Below, one piece after another: positions 8,134 through 17,977 of a stretch of DNA of 64,000 nt. The DNA is taken from the NCBI GenBank assembly GCA_958428235.1, contig CAUAFG010000003.1, forward strand, positions 56,935 to 120,934, in the 5' to 3' direction. The notes beneath the pieces were generated by a model. That model did not search any database and had not been told where the DNA came from. It saw only the letters and a program-made list of their open reading frames with translations. The translations under genes and the position numbers were made by a program. The DNA comes from an uncultured Ruminococcus sp. Lineage in GTDB: Bacteria; Bacillota; Clostridia; Oscillospirales; Ruminococcaceae. Every line of letters starts with the position of its first letter. Position 1 is the stretch's first letter.

Positions 8134-9722
8134 AAAGGACTTTTTCTATCCTCTGCGCGGCTGTTATTGCTGTAAGCTGTTTTACCTTTACAGGCTGTCA
8201 CGGCTCGCGAAAGACCGAGGCTTTCAATATCCCCGCGGAATTTGACGAATCACGCGATTACGAGCTTACATTCTGGGCAAAAAACGACACCAACAAGACC
8301 CAGACTGCCATTTACGAAAAGTCTATCGCGGATTTTGAAAAGCTATATCCCAACATAAATATAAATTTGCGGCTTTACACCGATTACGGCAGGATTTACA
8401 ACGACGTTATAACAAACATCGCAACCGGAACCACCCCGAACGTTTGCATAACCTACCCCGATCACATCGCAACCTATCTGACCGGTGAAAACACGGTTGT
8501 TCCGCTGGATTCGCTGTTTGCGGATGAGAAGTACGGATTAGGCGGCTCTGAGGTGAAATTCGATTCGCCGAAGCAGTCTGAAATAATCGAGAGCTTTTTA
8601 AACGAGTGTATTTTAAGCGGAACGCACTACGCCGTCCCCTTCATGCGCTCGACCGAGGCACTTTACATCAACAAGACATACGTTGAAAAGCTGGGCTACG
8701 AGATTCCCGATATTGTCACATGGGACTTTATATGGGAGGTCGCCGACGCTGCTGCAAAAAAGGATTCAAGCGGCACATATCTATTAAACGGTCAGAAGGT
8801 AATGATACCGTTTATCTACAAGTCCACCGACAACATGATGATACAGTACCTTAAGCAGAGCGGCGCAAAGTATTCGAGCAGCTTTGGCGAGATTGGCATA
8901 TTCAACGACACCACAAGGGACTTTTTGTACACCATAGCTTCTCACGTTGAGAAGGGTGCATTTTCCACCTTTAAGATTTCGAGCTATCCCGCAAACTTTC
9001 TGAACGCCGGACAGTGTGTTTTTGCAATAGACTCCACCGCCGGAGCCACATGGATGGGTTCGCACGCTCCCCTTTCGGATATCGCCGAGGACAAGTTTGT
9101 CGAGTTTGAAACTGCAGTGCGGATGATTCCGCAGGTCGACCCCGATAACCCTCAGATGATATCTCAGGGACCTTCCATCTGCATATTCAACAAGCCCGAT
9201 TCGCAGGAGGTTTTAGCCTCATGGCTGTTCTGCCAGTATCTTCTTACAAACGAAGTTCAGACTGCCTATGCCCAGACTGAGGGATATGTCCCCGTAACCT
9301 CCAAGGCGCAGGAGTCGGACGAGTACAGACAGTATATTGAAGCCGAAGGAGCGGACGATTCGCTTCACTATGACATCAAAATAAAGGCTTCAAAGCTCCT
9401 TATTGAAAACGTTGACAAAACCTTTGTAACTCCGGTATTCAATGGCTCGGCTTCCCTGCGCGACGCTGCGGGACAGCTGATAGAAAACGTCACCAAATCG
9501 ATAAGGCGCGGCGAAACGGTCGACGAAGAATATATGGAGGAGCTTTTCGCAGATGTAACCTCGCTGTATCGCTTAAATCAGGGTGGAGTGCTCAATTCCG
9601 GCAAGAATGATTTAGGTCCTTTGCCTGCGATGTCGGTATGGCTGCTTGTGTGCCTCGGCGCAGCGTGGATAATTATTCTTGCATATGTCATAATCGAAAG
9701 GCTTAAAAAACGAAAAAATTAA
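8130..9722 (+). CDS. Extracellular solute-binding lipoprotein (family 1 sugar SBP) with an additional C-terminal TM segment.
   Basis: Lipobox CAAVIAVSCFTFTGC. 530 aa. C-terminal LGPLPAMSVWLLVCLGAAWIIILAYVIIERLKKRKN. Confidence 0.8.
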   Translation: MKRTFSILCAAVIAVSCFTFTGCHGSRKTEAFNIPAEFDESRDYELTFWAKNDTNKTQTAIYEKSIADFEKLYPNININLRLYTDYGRIYNDVITNIATGTTPNVCITYPDHIATYLTGENTVVPLDSLFADEKYGLGGSEVKFDSPKQSEIIESFLNECILSGTHYAVPFMRSTEALYINKTYVEKLGYEIPDIVTWDFIWEVADAAAKKDSSGTYLLNGQKVMIPFIYKSTDNMMIQYLKQSGAKYSSSFGEIGIFNDTTRDFLYTIASHVEKGAFSTFKISSYPANFLNAGQCVFAIDSTAGATWMGSHAPLSDIAEDKFVEFETAVRMIPQVDPDNPQMISQGPSICIFNKPDSQEVLASWLFCQYLLTNEVQTAYAQTEGYVPVTSKAQESDEYRQYIEAEGADDSLHYDIKIKASKLLIENVDKTFVTPVFNGSASLRDAAGQLIENVTKSIRRGETVDEEYMEELFADVTSLYRLNQGGVLNSGKNDLGPLPAMSVWLLVCLGAAWIIILAYVIIERLKKRKN

Positions 9723-9835
9723 TGATATTTAATAAAAATCGGAAAAATGCTTGATGTATCGATTTGTTTATGCTATAATATTTTCAATTTGGTGGACGAA
9801 AAGTCTTCCAAAAATTAAAAAGGAGATAATCAAAA

Positions 9836-10666
9836 ATGAAAAAGATACTTGCATTAATGCTGGCTTTGTGCCTTGCGCTGACAATGTTTGTTGCCTGCGG
9901 CGAAAAGGACGGCGCTAATACCAACAATCCAGATAACAACGCCGTTGATCCCGTACAGGGCGATGACGCTGCCGACGACAGCACCGACGAGCCTGTTGTT
10001 GACGAAACAAACACCGGCGTTATGACCCATGCCGACTATGTTGCAGCAGCTATCGATTCTCAGGTAGTTGTTGAGACCTATGTTCAGGCTAAGCAGTCTT
10101 GGTGGGAAAACAAGGCAACCCTTTACACTCAGGCTCAGGACGGAGCTTACTTCATCTACGAGCTTCCCTGCACCGAAGAAGAGTATGCAAAGCTTGTTCC
10201 CGGCACAAAGATCAAGGTTACCGGCTACAAGTCAGAGTGGTCCGGCGAGGTTGAGATCACCGATGCCACCTATGAGATCATCGAGGGCGACACCTTTGTT
10301 GCCGAAGCTACCGATGTTACCGCACTTTTAGGAACCGACGAGCTTATCGACCATCAGAACGAGTTCGTTTCCTTCAAGGGCATGACCGTTGAAGCTGCCG
10401 GCAAGGACGCTGACGGCAACGACGTTGCTTACCTCTACAAGTGGGACGGCTCCGGTCAGGACGGCGACGACCTTTACTTCAACGTTTCCATCAACGGCAA
10501 CACCTACACCTTCACCGTTGAGTCTTATCTCTGCGACAACACCACTGATGTTTACACCGCAGTTAAGAACCTCAAGATCGGCGACAAGATCGATATGGAA
10601 GGCTTCCTTTACTGGTACGAAGGCGTTAACCCGCACATCACTGCTGTTACCACCGCTGCTGAGTAA
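9836..10666 (+). CDS. Lipoprotein of unknown function with an acidic N-terminal linker.
   Basis: MKKILALMLALCLALTMFVACGEKDG. GGAGAT RBS. Followed by a strong terminator. Confidence 0.75.
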   Translation: MKKILALMLALCLALTMFVACGEKDGANTNNPDNNAVDPVQGDDAADDSTDEPVVDETNTGVMTHADYVAAAIDSQVVVETYVQAKQSWWENKATLYTQAQDGAYFIYELPCTEEEYAKLVPGTKIKVTGYKSEWSGEVEITDATYEIIEGDTFVAEATDVTALLGTDELIDHQNEFVSFKGMTVEAAGKDADGNDVAYLYKWDGSGQDGDDLYFNVSINGNTYTFTVESYLCDNTTDVYTAVKNLKIGDKIDMEGFLYWYEGVNPHITAVTTAAE

Positions 10667-10695
10667 TTCGGCATCAGGGTAAATAATTGCACAAT

Positions 10696-10745
10696 AACCC
10701 GCCGCAGAATCGCTGTTTTGAGGATTCTGCGGCGGGTTTTTTCTT
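10696..10745. terminator. Bidirectional rho-independent terminator.
   Basis: cccgccgcagaatc-gctgttttgag-gattctgcggcggg: a 14-bp stem with a T-tract on the plus strand and an A-tract on the other side. Confidence 0.85.
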
Positions 10746-10783
10746 GTCTAAGTGAGTACCGCGAGACATTGCTTGCCAAGATT

Positions 10784-11995
10784 CTACTTCTCAAACATCT
10801 CGTTCTCAGAAACGGTTCTGTAGCTTTTGTTAATAATATCCTTTACAATGTAATTTCCGTTTCTGAACGCCAGTATAATATCCGTATGACCTATATTAGA
10901 CGCGTTGAGTTTCATTACACGCTTATCCGAAAGCTCAAATGCAGTAAGCGTGTCCATTCTGAAAACAATTCCGTTGACAGCGTTTCCGGAAAGCTCACAA
11001 TCGATTTTTGAAAATCTGCCCTCACTGTCATATAAAATATGCTCGCCGGTTTCTATATCGGTGTAGGAGCAGAACCCTCCGCTCGCAAACAATGAATTGT
11101 CTATATCGTAAACGCCCTTATCTTCAATCATGCCGCTGTTCAAATCAAGCCGGAATACGCTTCTGACGGTGAGCTTTTCTCGCTCCTCATTTTCTCGGTT
11201 TATAAGCTCCCTCTGTTTTTCCCAGTCTTCCTCGGAAACGGAGTAATCAACCTTGCTCTCAAATTTTTCGGTCATATAGCTTGCGGATATGTACAGTCCG
11301 CCGTTGTACCCGCCCAGAATGCTGGCATTAGCATTCCAACCCTTGCAAAGCTCGCCATAGTCCTTAAATTCGTTCTTTGCAAAATCAAAGACGCAGATAT
11401 GACAATTGTCGCTTTCTGTAATAGCGGATATATTTGAACGGCTGCTGCCGATAAAATAGATTTTGCTTCCCGTGATTGCCGCGGTTTCGCCATCGCTGAA
11501 GGAATAGTTGACGGTGCAAAGCTTTACCCTGCCGGTTCCGTCATTTTGAGCCTGCCAGATTGCCGTGCTTTGAGTTGCTTAGCCGTTTTCATCGATATCG
11601 CCGTACAAGGTTTCAAAGAAGAAAATCTTTCCATCATATGCCGTCGGATGGTGGGACATTCCGAATGCCGAGCAAACCTCTGGGTCTTCATGAGAACAAT
11701 TTGGTTTGGGACAGACAACCGTCGTCTGCATGGTGTCAAAATCGATAAAATTCAGCCTGTCTCCGTTATAGATTGGAGACTGAACATAATCGATATAAAA
11801 CTCTCCGTTCAGGTTCAGATTGGTGAACAAATTGCTCAGACGCACGTCTTCCGGTTGCTCTGCATCATTTTCAATCACTGTTTCCGGGGCGTTCGGTGTG
11901 TCCGGTGATGTTACTGTAGAATCGTCCTTGAGAGTACTCCCGCAGGAGCACATCAGAACGCAAAAGAGCACCAATATTGCCGCAAGTTTTTTCAT
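10784..11995 (-). pseudogene. Lipoprotein gene (about 404 codons) interrupted by a single in-frame TAA at 11579-11581.
   Basis: ORF 11579..11995 (MKKLAAILVLFCVLMCSCGS...DENG) stops at TAA. The same frame reads on without another stop for 265 codons (ATQSTAIWQAQNDG...) into ORF 10784..11275. Confidence 0.65.
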
Positions 11996-12316
11996 TTTTC
12001 ATTCTCCTTTCAATGGTTAGGTTGTTGTTTTATTGGATATCTTCCCGGCTTTACATTCCGCTCAGGTGCCGCAATATCTCCCTATTCCCACTAACCCCCC
12101 AACACATCCACTGCATAAAGCTTGCCCCAGCAAGATAAATAACAATCGGCAAAGCAAACGCCGCAAGCGTGGCTACAGTAGCAGTAGTAGGACTCTTGGA
12201 CTTATACGAGATAACCAGCACCAGCTCAGAAAACAGTATCAGCGAGATAATTCTGTACGCTGTCAGCAATATCAGATATCCCAGTACCGGAAGCCCGCCG
12301 AGCTTGGAGTAGCTTA

Positions 12317-13696
12317 CTATTCCCGAATCGGGTCTAAGATTCCCTGAGTACCGTATGTCAACAGCATCTGAACATAGTGAGGGATGTATACCGCAAGCGA
12401 AACAACGGTTGCGAATATCGCAGCCATAACGGCGTTGTGTACAAAATATGTCCTTCTGCCCGACTTGGTTGCGTAGAGCAAAAAGCCTATTCTTGCCCGG
12501 TTGTCGTATGCAATCAGCGGAGAGACTGCAAAGCAGATTCCCAAGATAGCTATAAGCCCAAGCTTGTAATCCGTCTTAAAGCCGTTTACGCCGAAAAGAT
12601 TGTCCCAGCCGGTGGTGTAATACATATATTTCGGGAGATTCTTTCCGCCGGATATTTTCATTGCGTTGTTGTATTGCCTTGTAAGCCTCTCAAAAGCACT
12701 TCTCTTTGCCCAGATGTCGTTTGAGCTGTAACCTCCGCTCATGCTTCCTTTAAGCTCGGCGTTAATCTCCTGCGCGGTGGACTTCATATAGTCATAGACC
12801 TCCTGAGCGGAGTTGAGACTGTAGGCTTGTGAGGCATAAGCGTTATACATACTGTCATCCGACTGGTATGGTCGGACATAGTTAAACGCCGAATATATCT
12901 GAAAAGCAAGCGCAGCAATAAGTATCAAAAGACCCTTGTGCATAATCAAGTCCTTGTAAAGCGTGTATGAAAACGCTTTTTTGGGAGGCTTGGTCTTTAT
13001 TAATCTGCGGCGGGTCTTTTTTATCTCGGAGATGGATATGTTCTTGTAGAGACGTACCGTGAGAAATACAAGTACGGCTATAAGTACGACAACAAAAATA
13101 GTTGTTGTCCATATAAGATTTATGGGATATCCGAAAAGGTTAATATTAGAATATGTCTTGAACAGGTGGGAGGAATTTACGAACGCCGCAAGGTTTATCT
13201 GCTTTATCGGGGAAAGATATGATGTCTCGCTGATTAAAAGATAGAGTGCCGTTTCTATTCCTCCTGCCAAAAGAAGTGTCAGATACGCTGTTACGTTTTT
13301 AAGGCGGATAAAAAGGCTTTGCGAGATAAGTGCGCAGATGAATATTGCAAGGATTTTGTATGCAAATATAAGGCACAAAAGCTCTCGGACGGATATGGGA
13401 AGATTACAGCCAAGATATCCCGAAAGAGACTGTACAGGGCGGGACAAGTCTCCCAAGCCGTAGCGGATAGAGCCTATCCAGAGATTCATCATAAAGAATA
13501 CGGCTCCGCAGGCAAAGCAGACCGAGAATACTGTCGCTGTCTTTGCAAGAGCAAGGCGGGTTCGTCCGTAGCGCAGGGGCTTAATAAGAGCTACTATGCC
13601 GTTTTCTCTGTCCTTATAGAAGATTACCATTACGGATGTGAATATAACAAAAAGAAGCAGGATATCCGAAGGGACATTCTGCGCCGCTAAAAGCAC
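12317..13696 (-). CDS. Polytopic membrane protein of unknown function, with at least 8 predicted TM helices.
   Basis: 459 aa with long hydrophobic segments. No recognisable ATPase partner. Confidence 0.55.
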   Translation of the reverse strand: MLLAAQNVPSDILLLFVIFTSVMVIFYKDRENGIVALIKPLRYGRTRLALAKTATVFSVCFACGAVFFMMNLWIGSIRYGLGDLSRPVQSLSGYLGCNLPISVRELLCLIFAYKILAIFICALISQSLFIRLKNVTAYLTLLLAGGIETALYLLISETSYLSPIKQINLAAFVNSSHLFKTYSNINLFGYPINLIWTTTIFVVVLIAVLVFLTVRLYKNISISEIKKTRRRLIKTKPPKKAFSYTLYKDLIMHKGLLILIAALAFQIYSAFNYVRPYQSDDSMYNAYASQAYSLNSAQEVYDYMKSTAQEINAELKGSMSGGYSSNDIWAKRSAFERLTRQYNNAMKISGGKNLPKYMYYTTGWDNLFGVNGFKTDYKLGLIAILGICFAVSPLIAYDNRARIGFLLYATKSGRRTYFVHNAVMAAIFATVVSLAVYIPHYVQMLLTYGTQGILDPIRE

Positions 13697-13825
13697 GCCG
13701 TTTGAGGGGGCAAATACCGGCTGAACCTTCCGAACGCTATTATAGGCGGAGGGAGTTCTTATTATATTTCTATAGAAAAATGAAATAAGTATAGGGCTAT
13801 TTTTATAAGAAATTGCGATAAAAAA

Positions 13826-13860
13826 TCGAGGGAGCGCAAAATTTGCGTTCCCTCTTTTTT
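13826..13860. terminator. Hairpin plus T/A tracts (gagggagcgc-aaaattt-gcgttccctc) lying between a 29-codon ORF and the membrane-protein gene.
   Basis: Inverted repeat with one mismatch, flanked by AAAAAA on one side and TTTTTT on the other. Confidence 0.55.
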
Positions 13861-14059
13861 AATACTATTCACAGCTACTATCCTTTTTAATGCCGAATAT
13901 AAGCCGCAGTAACCCGCGTATTGCCTTATTTGGCTTAACTACTACTATTTTCATCGCGCACCTCCTATTATGTACGGCTGCCGGACGGCTTTGCCATCAT
14001 CAGCCTATATAACATAATATTCCGGTTACGAAAAATTGCTAAGACTGTTTTGTACCAAA

Positions 14060-14950
14060 TTACTTGCTCTTGGGCTTAACATCCCAAGGCTTTATTTTTG
14101 CCGACTCCGCATACATCTCAACATAGCTTTTGTGCCGCGAGCGGCTTATCTTGCCAGATTCAACCGCTTCTATCACCGCACACCCGCTTTCCTTGGTGTG
14201 AGAGCAGTCGAAAAAGCGGCACTTGCCCAGATAGCCTTCAAATTCGGGAAAGCAGTCGGCAAGCTCGTCCTTCATGATGATATCATACTTCCTCGTCTCA
14301 AAGGTCGAGAAACCGGGAGTATCCGCTATGTAACCGCCGCAGTCGAGCCTGTAGATATCCACCCTGCGCGTGGTGTGCTTTCCTCTGCCAAGCTTTCGGC
14401 TGATTTCGTCCGTCTCCAAGCCAAGCTCAGGACAGATATTGTTGAGTAAAGATGACTTTCCCGAGCCGGAATTTCCTGTAACCGCAGAAAACTTGCCTTT
14501 CAGCGCAGCTTTCACATCTTCGCAGCCCCTGCCGCTTGAATTATCCACACAGAAGGTGGGGTATATGCTCTTATAGATATCCGCATAGCCGTCGGCAGAC
14601 TGCTTGTCCGTCTTTGTAAACACTATCACCGGAGATATCCCCTTAAACTCGCATACAGCTAAGAATTTATCCAAAAGCGGGATATTCGGTGCAGGCTCGC
14701 AGGTGGATATCACAAAAACCATGCAGTCAAGATTTGCCAGCGGCGGACGGATTATTTCGTTCTTCCGCGGCAGTATCTCAGTTATCACCGCGGAGGAGCC
14801 TTCCTCCGAAATTACCGCCCTGTCGCCGCAGAGCGGGGTTATTTCCTTCGCGCGGAAAACTCCCCTTGCGGAGCATATTATTTCTCTGCCGTCGGCGGCG
14901 ACCTTATAGCTGCCGCCGAGCGAGCTTATTATTGTTCCTTCAAAAACCAT
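14060..14950 (-). CDS. rsgA: Ribosome small-subunit-dependent GTPase A (RsgA/YjeQ/CpgA).
   Basis: GNSGSGKSSLLN and the C-terminal zinc finger CRFFDCSHTKESGC. Confidence 0.9.
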   Translation of the reverse strand: MVFEGTIISSLGGSYKVAADGREIICSARGVFRAKEITPLCGDRAVISEEGSSAVITEILPRKNEIIRPPLANLDCMVFVISTCEPAPNIPLLDKFLAVCEFKGISPVIVFTKTDKQSADGYADIYKSIYPTFCVDNSSGRGCEDVKAALKGKFSAVTGNSGSGKSSLLNNICPELGLETDEISRKLGRGKHTTRRVDIYRLDCGGYIADTPGFSTFETRKYDIIMKDELADCFPEFEGYLGKCRFFDCSHTKESGCAVIEAVESGKISRSRHKSYVEMYAESAKIKPWDVKPKSK

Positions 14951-14959
14951 ACGCTTCTA

Positions 14960-17158
14960 TCAGTACATTGTATTCATATCAACTATCGTGAATACATACT
15001 GCGAATACTGTGAGCAATAGTAGGTTCCATCGTCAAAGTTTATGGTATACTGTGCAAGCTCCGACTTTAATCCAGTTCTGGGACTCTTCAGGCTTGCCGA
15101 AGCGGTAATCGTTCCGCTTTCGCCGTATACCTTTACTTCTATATACGATCCCCCATATAGCGAACCGCTGAATACAACCTTGTCGCTTACGGCTTCGGAG
15201 GTTTGTGTATCATAGAATGTCAGCGAATAAGAATTGGTTACGTTCGACGGGATATCTACCTTTACCGTTACATAATTTCTGCCGTCGTCGGGGTCGGTAA
15301 CGGTATTGTCCGGAACTCCGGGGATTGTCTGATTGCCGTTTCCGTTCGGGTCGTCCGGCCACGTCGGGTCGTCAAGGTTGATATCTCCCCACGGATCGGC
15401 AAACGGATCTGAATACATTCCTGTTCCGTCCGAAACGTATATGGTAACGGTGGTGTTTCTTGTAACTATGTCGCCCTCGGCGATATTCTGGGATATTACT
15501 GTATCCGCAGGCTCGCTTGATTCTGTATACTGGATTTTTGTGACAAGGAAAGCGTCGGTAAGCATTGCTTCCGCTTCGGTAACGCTGTAGCCAACTACAT
15601 AAGGAACAACCGTATCCTCGGTTGAAGGACCTATGCTGACATAAACCTTAACCGTCGAGCCTTCCTCGATAGTAGAGTAAGCAACAGGGTCGGTTTTAAC
15701 AACGTATCCCGCGGCGATATCGTCGCTCTCAACCTCTATTCTCAGGCACTTGAGATTTTCGCCGATAAGAGCTGCGTTTGCTGAATTATAGTGGAAATTA
15801 ACAACGTCAGGAACAGTAACCATTCTTGTTCCCTTTGAAACAACTACCTTTATAACGTCGCCGATTTTTACTATTCTTCCTTCCGCCTTTTCCTGCTCGA
15901 TGATTATTCCTGCGGGATTTTCGGAATTGTACTCCTCGGTTGCGGCAAGCTGGATATCGGGATATTCCGCTCTGGCGTCGTAATAGTTGAGTCCGACAAG
16001 CTTTGGCATTGTGTAGTCGTTGGAGGAGGAAGCCGTGGTTTTGAAAGCCCCCAAAATAACCTTGGACAGAAACAGCGTTGCAACGATTATAACCGTAACC
16101 GTCATCGCGGCAAGTATCGGAAGGATATAGTTGTGCCTTGGCTCGTCATCCTCGTCGTCCGCGTCATCCTCATAGACAACATAGTCCTGCGCCGGTGGCT
16201 CCGGCTTTTTCTTAGCTGCCTTTTTGGGCTTGTCCGGCTGGGCTTTCTTATTTTTTGCGACCATAAGCAGCTTTGAGGAGCGTTCCGGCTTTTTAACAGG
16301 CTCCTCAGCATAGCCGAATACCACGCTCTGGTCGTTTTTAAACGCTTCGATATCCATTATCATCCCCGAAGCGGACTGATACCTCTTTGAAGGATCCTTT
16401 TCCATCGCACGCAGGATTATCTCCTCAAGACCGGGGTACATACTCGAGACAAACTGCGAGGGCTTAACCGGCTCCTCGTTCATATGCTTCAGAGCTACGG
16501 ACACCGGAGTGTCGCCGTCAAAAGGCTTTCTGCCGGTGAGCATCTCATACATCATAACGCCTACAGAGTAGATGTCGCTGCGCTCGTCGGTATGCTCCCC
16601 TCTTGCCTGCTCGGGGGAGACATAATGCACTGAACCCATCGTCTTTTCGGTGGGCATACCGGGGTTCTGGCGGGAAAATCTTGCTATTCCGAAATCCATC
16701 ACCTTAATGGTGCCGTCCGAAAGGCGCATAACGTTCTGGGGCTTTATATCGCGGTGGACAATTCCCCTGTCATGGGCAAGCTGCAAAGCGCGGAGAATCT
16801 GAATGGTGTAGTGAACACACTCTCTCCACGGAACAAGACCTATCTGCTCGATATACTCCTTAAGGGTTATGCCGTCGATATACTCCATGACTATATATTC
16901 CAAAGCGTTTTCGTGTCCCACATCGAAAATCTTTACAATATTCGGGTGAGACAAAACCGCTATCGCCTTGCTTTCGTTTCTGAAGCACCTTACAAATTCC
17001 TCGTTCGAGCAAAACTCCGGCTTTAATATCTTAACGGCGACGGTTCTGCCCTCCATAATATCTCTGCCCTTATAAACGTCGGACATTCCGCCCACGCCTA
17101 TGCGCTCGGTGATTTCATATCTTCCGTCCAATTTCATGCCTATCATATTGTCTTCCAT
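14960..17158 (-). CDS. prkC: PASTA-domain Ser/Thr protein kinase (PrkC/StkP).
   Basis: Kinase motifs GVGGMSDVYKG and HRDIKPQN. A TM segment, then PASTA repeats. AAGGAAG 8 nt upstream of MEDNMIGMKLDGRYEI. Confidence 0.9.
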   Translation of the reverse strand: MEDNMIGMKLDGRYEITERIGVGGMSDVYKGRDIMEGRTVAVKILKPEFCSNEEFVRCFRNESKAIAVLSHPNIVKIFDVGHENALEYIVMEYIDGITLKEYIEQIGLVPWRECVHYTIQILRALQLAHDRGIVHRDIKPQNVMRLSDGTIKVMDFGIARFSRQNPGMPTEKTMGSVHYVSPEQARGEHTDERSDIYSVGVMMYEMLTGRKPFDGDTPVSVALKHMNEEPVKPSQFVSSMYPGLEEIILRAMEKDPSKRYQSASGMIMDIEAFKNDQSVVFGYAEEPVKKPERSSKLLMVAKNKKAQPDKPKKAAKKKPEPPAQDYVVYEDDADDEDDEPRHNYILPILAAMTVTVIIVATLFLSKVILGAFKTTASSSNDYTMPKLVGLNYYDARAEYPDIQLAATEEYNSENPAGIIIEQEKAEGRIVKIGDVIKVVVSKGTRMVTVPDVVNFHYNSANAALIGENLKCLRIEVESDDIAAGYVVKTDPVAYSTIEEGSTVKVYVSIGPSTEDTVVPYVVGYSVTEAEAMLTDAFLVTKIQYTESSEPADTVISQNIAEGDIVTRNTTVTIYVSDGTGMYSDPFADPWGDINLDDPTWPDDPNGNGNQTIPGVPDNTVTDPDDGRNYVTVKVDIPSNVTNSYSLTFYDTQTSEAVSDKVVFSGSLYGGSYIEVKVYGESGTITASASLKSPRTGLKSELAQYTINFDDGTYYCSQYSQYVFTIVDMNTMY

Positions 17159-17179
17159 GCTTATCACTTCCTTATAAAA

Positions 17180-17908
17180 CTACATCGCAGCCAGAACTAC
17201 TGTTATATTGTCCTTGCCGCCAAGGGAATTTGCTCTTTCAACAAGCTCGGTTGCCGCCTGCTCCAGCGGCTGGTGGTAAACCGTTCCGAAAATAACCTCG
17301 TCGCTCACATAGTTTGTCAGACCGTCGGTGCAGATAAGTATATACTCTCCGGGATGAACATCCAGCTCGAAATAATCGGCTTCAACGGTTTCGTCCACTC
17401 CTACAGCGCGGGTTATAACGTTCTTCATTCTGTGAACCTTCATCTCCGATTCGTCTATAAGTCCCTTGGAGTGAAGATATTCAACCATGGTATGGTCGCT
17501 GGTTATCTGGGTTATACCCGATTCGTTCAGAATATACGCCCTCGAATCGCCCACGCTTGCAATACAGCAAAGACCGTTATGTATCACCGCGCATACGCAG
17601 GTGGTTCCCATACCCTCGTTTTCGGGGCTTGCCTTGCTTTTGTTGTAAACAAGAGTATTCGCCGCTGAAATAGAGGACAGCAGCAGTGACTTTATGCTTT
17701 TAGGCTCCATATCGCTTCGGAAGCTCAGCTGGATCCTTTCATAAACCGCGTTTGCGGAGATATCGCTTGCAAGCCCTCCGGAAGCCGCCCCTCCCATACC
17801 GTCACACACGACGGCAAAGGCACTGTCGTCTGATAGCATACTCAGGCGGAATCTGTCCTGATTTTCTTTTCTGAATTTTCCTATGTCTGTTTTACCTGTT
17901 ACAAACAA
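17180..17908 (-). CDS. prpC: PP2C-family Ser/Thr phosphatase (PrpC/Stp).
   Basis: GKTDIGKFRKENQD and DGMGG. Probable TTG start, with GGAGG 8 nt upstream. Confidence 0.85.
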   Translation of the reverse strand: MFVTGKTDIGKFRKENQDRFRLSMLSDDSAFAVVCDGMGGAASGGLASDISANAVYERIQLSFRSDMEPKSIKSLLLSSISAANTLVYNKSKASPENEGMGTTCVCAVIHNGLCCIASVGDSRAYILNESGITQITSDHTMVEYLHSKGLIDESEMKVHRMKNVITRAVGVDETVEADYFELDVHPGEYILICTDGLTNYVSDEVIFGTVYHQPLEQAATELVERANSLGGKDNITVVLAAM

Positions 17909-17977
17909 GCCTATCGCCTCCGAAGCTGCAATATAAATTATACTAATCTGTCCGCTGTGCGCTGACATCTCAAAATG

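Noticed and set aside
11272-11493. 73-aa minus-strand ORF between the two lipoprotein fragments.
   Set aside because: It is in a different frame from the continuous lipoprotein reading frame and overlaps it entirely.
12051-12269. 72-aa two-TM ORF downstream of the 459-aa membrane-protein gene.
   Set aside because: It has a TTG start, no clear RBS and a different frame. It could be a spurious ORF or the remnant of a frameshifted C-terminus. Too uncertain to call.
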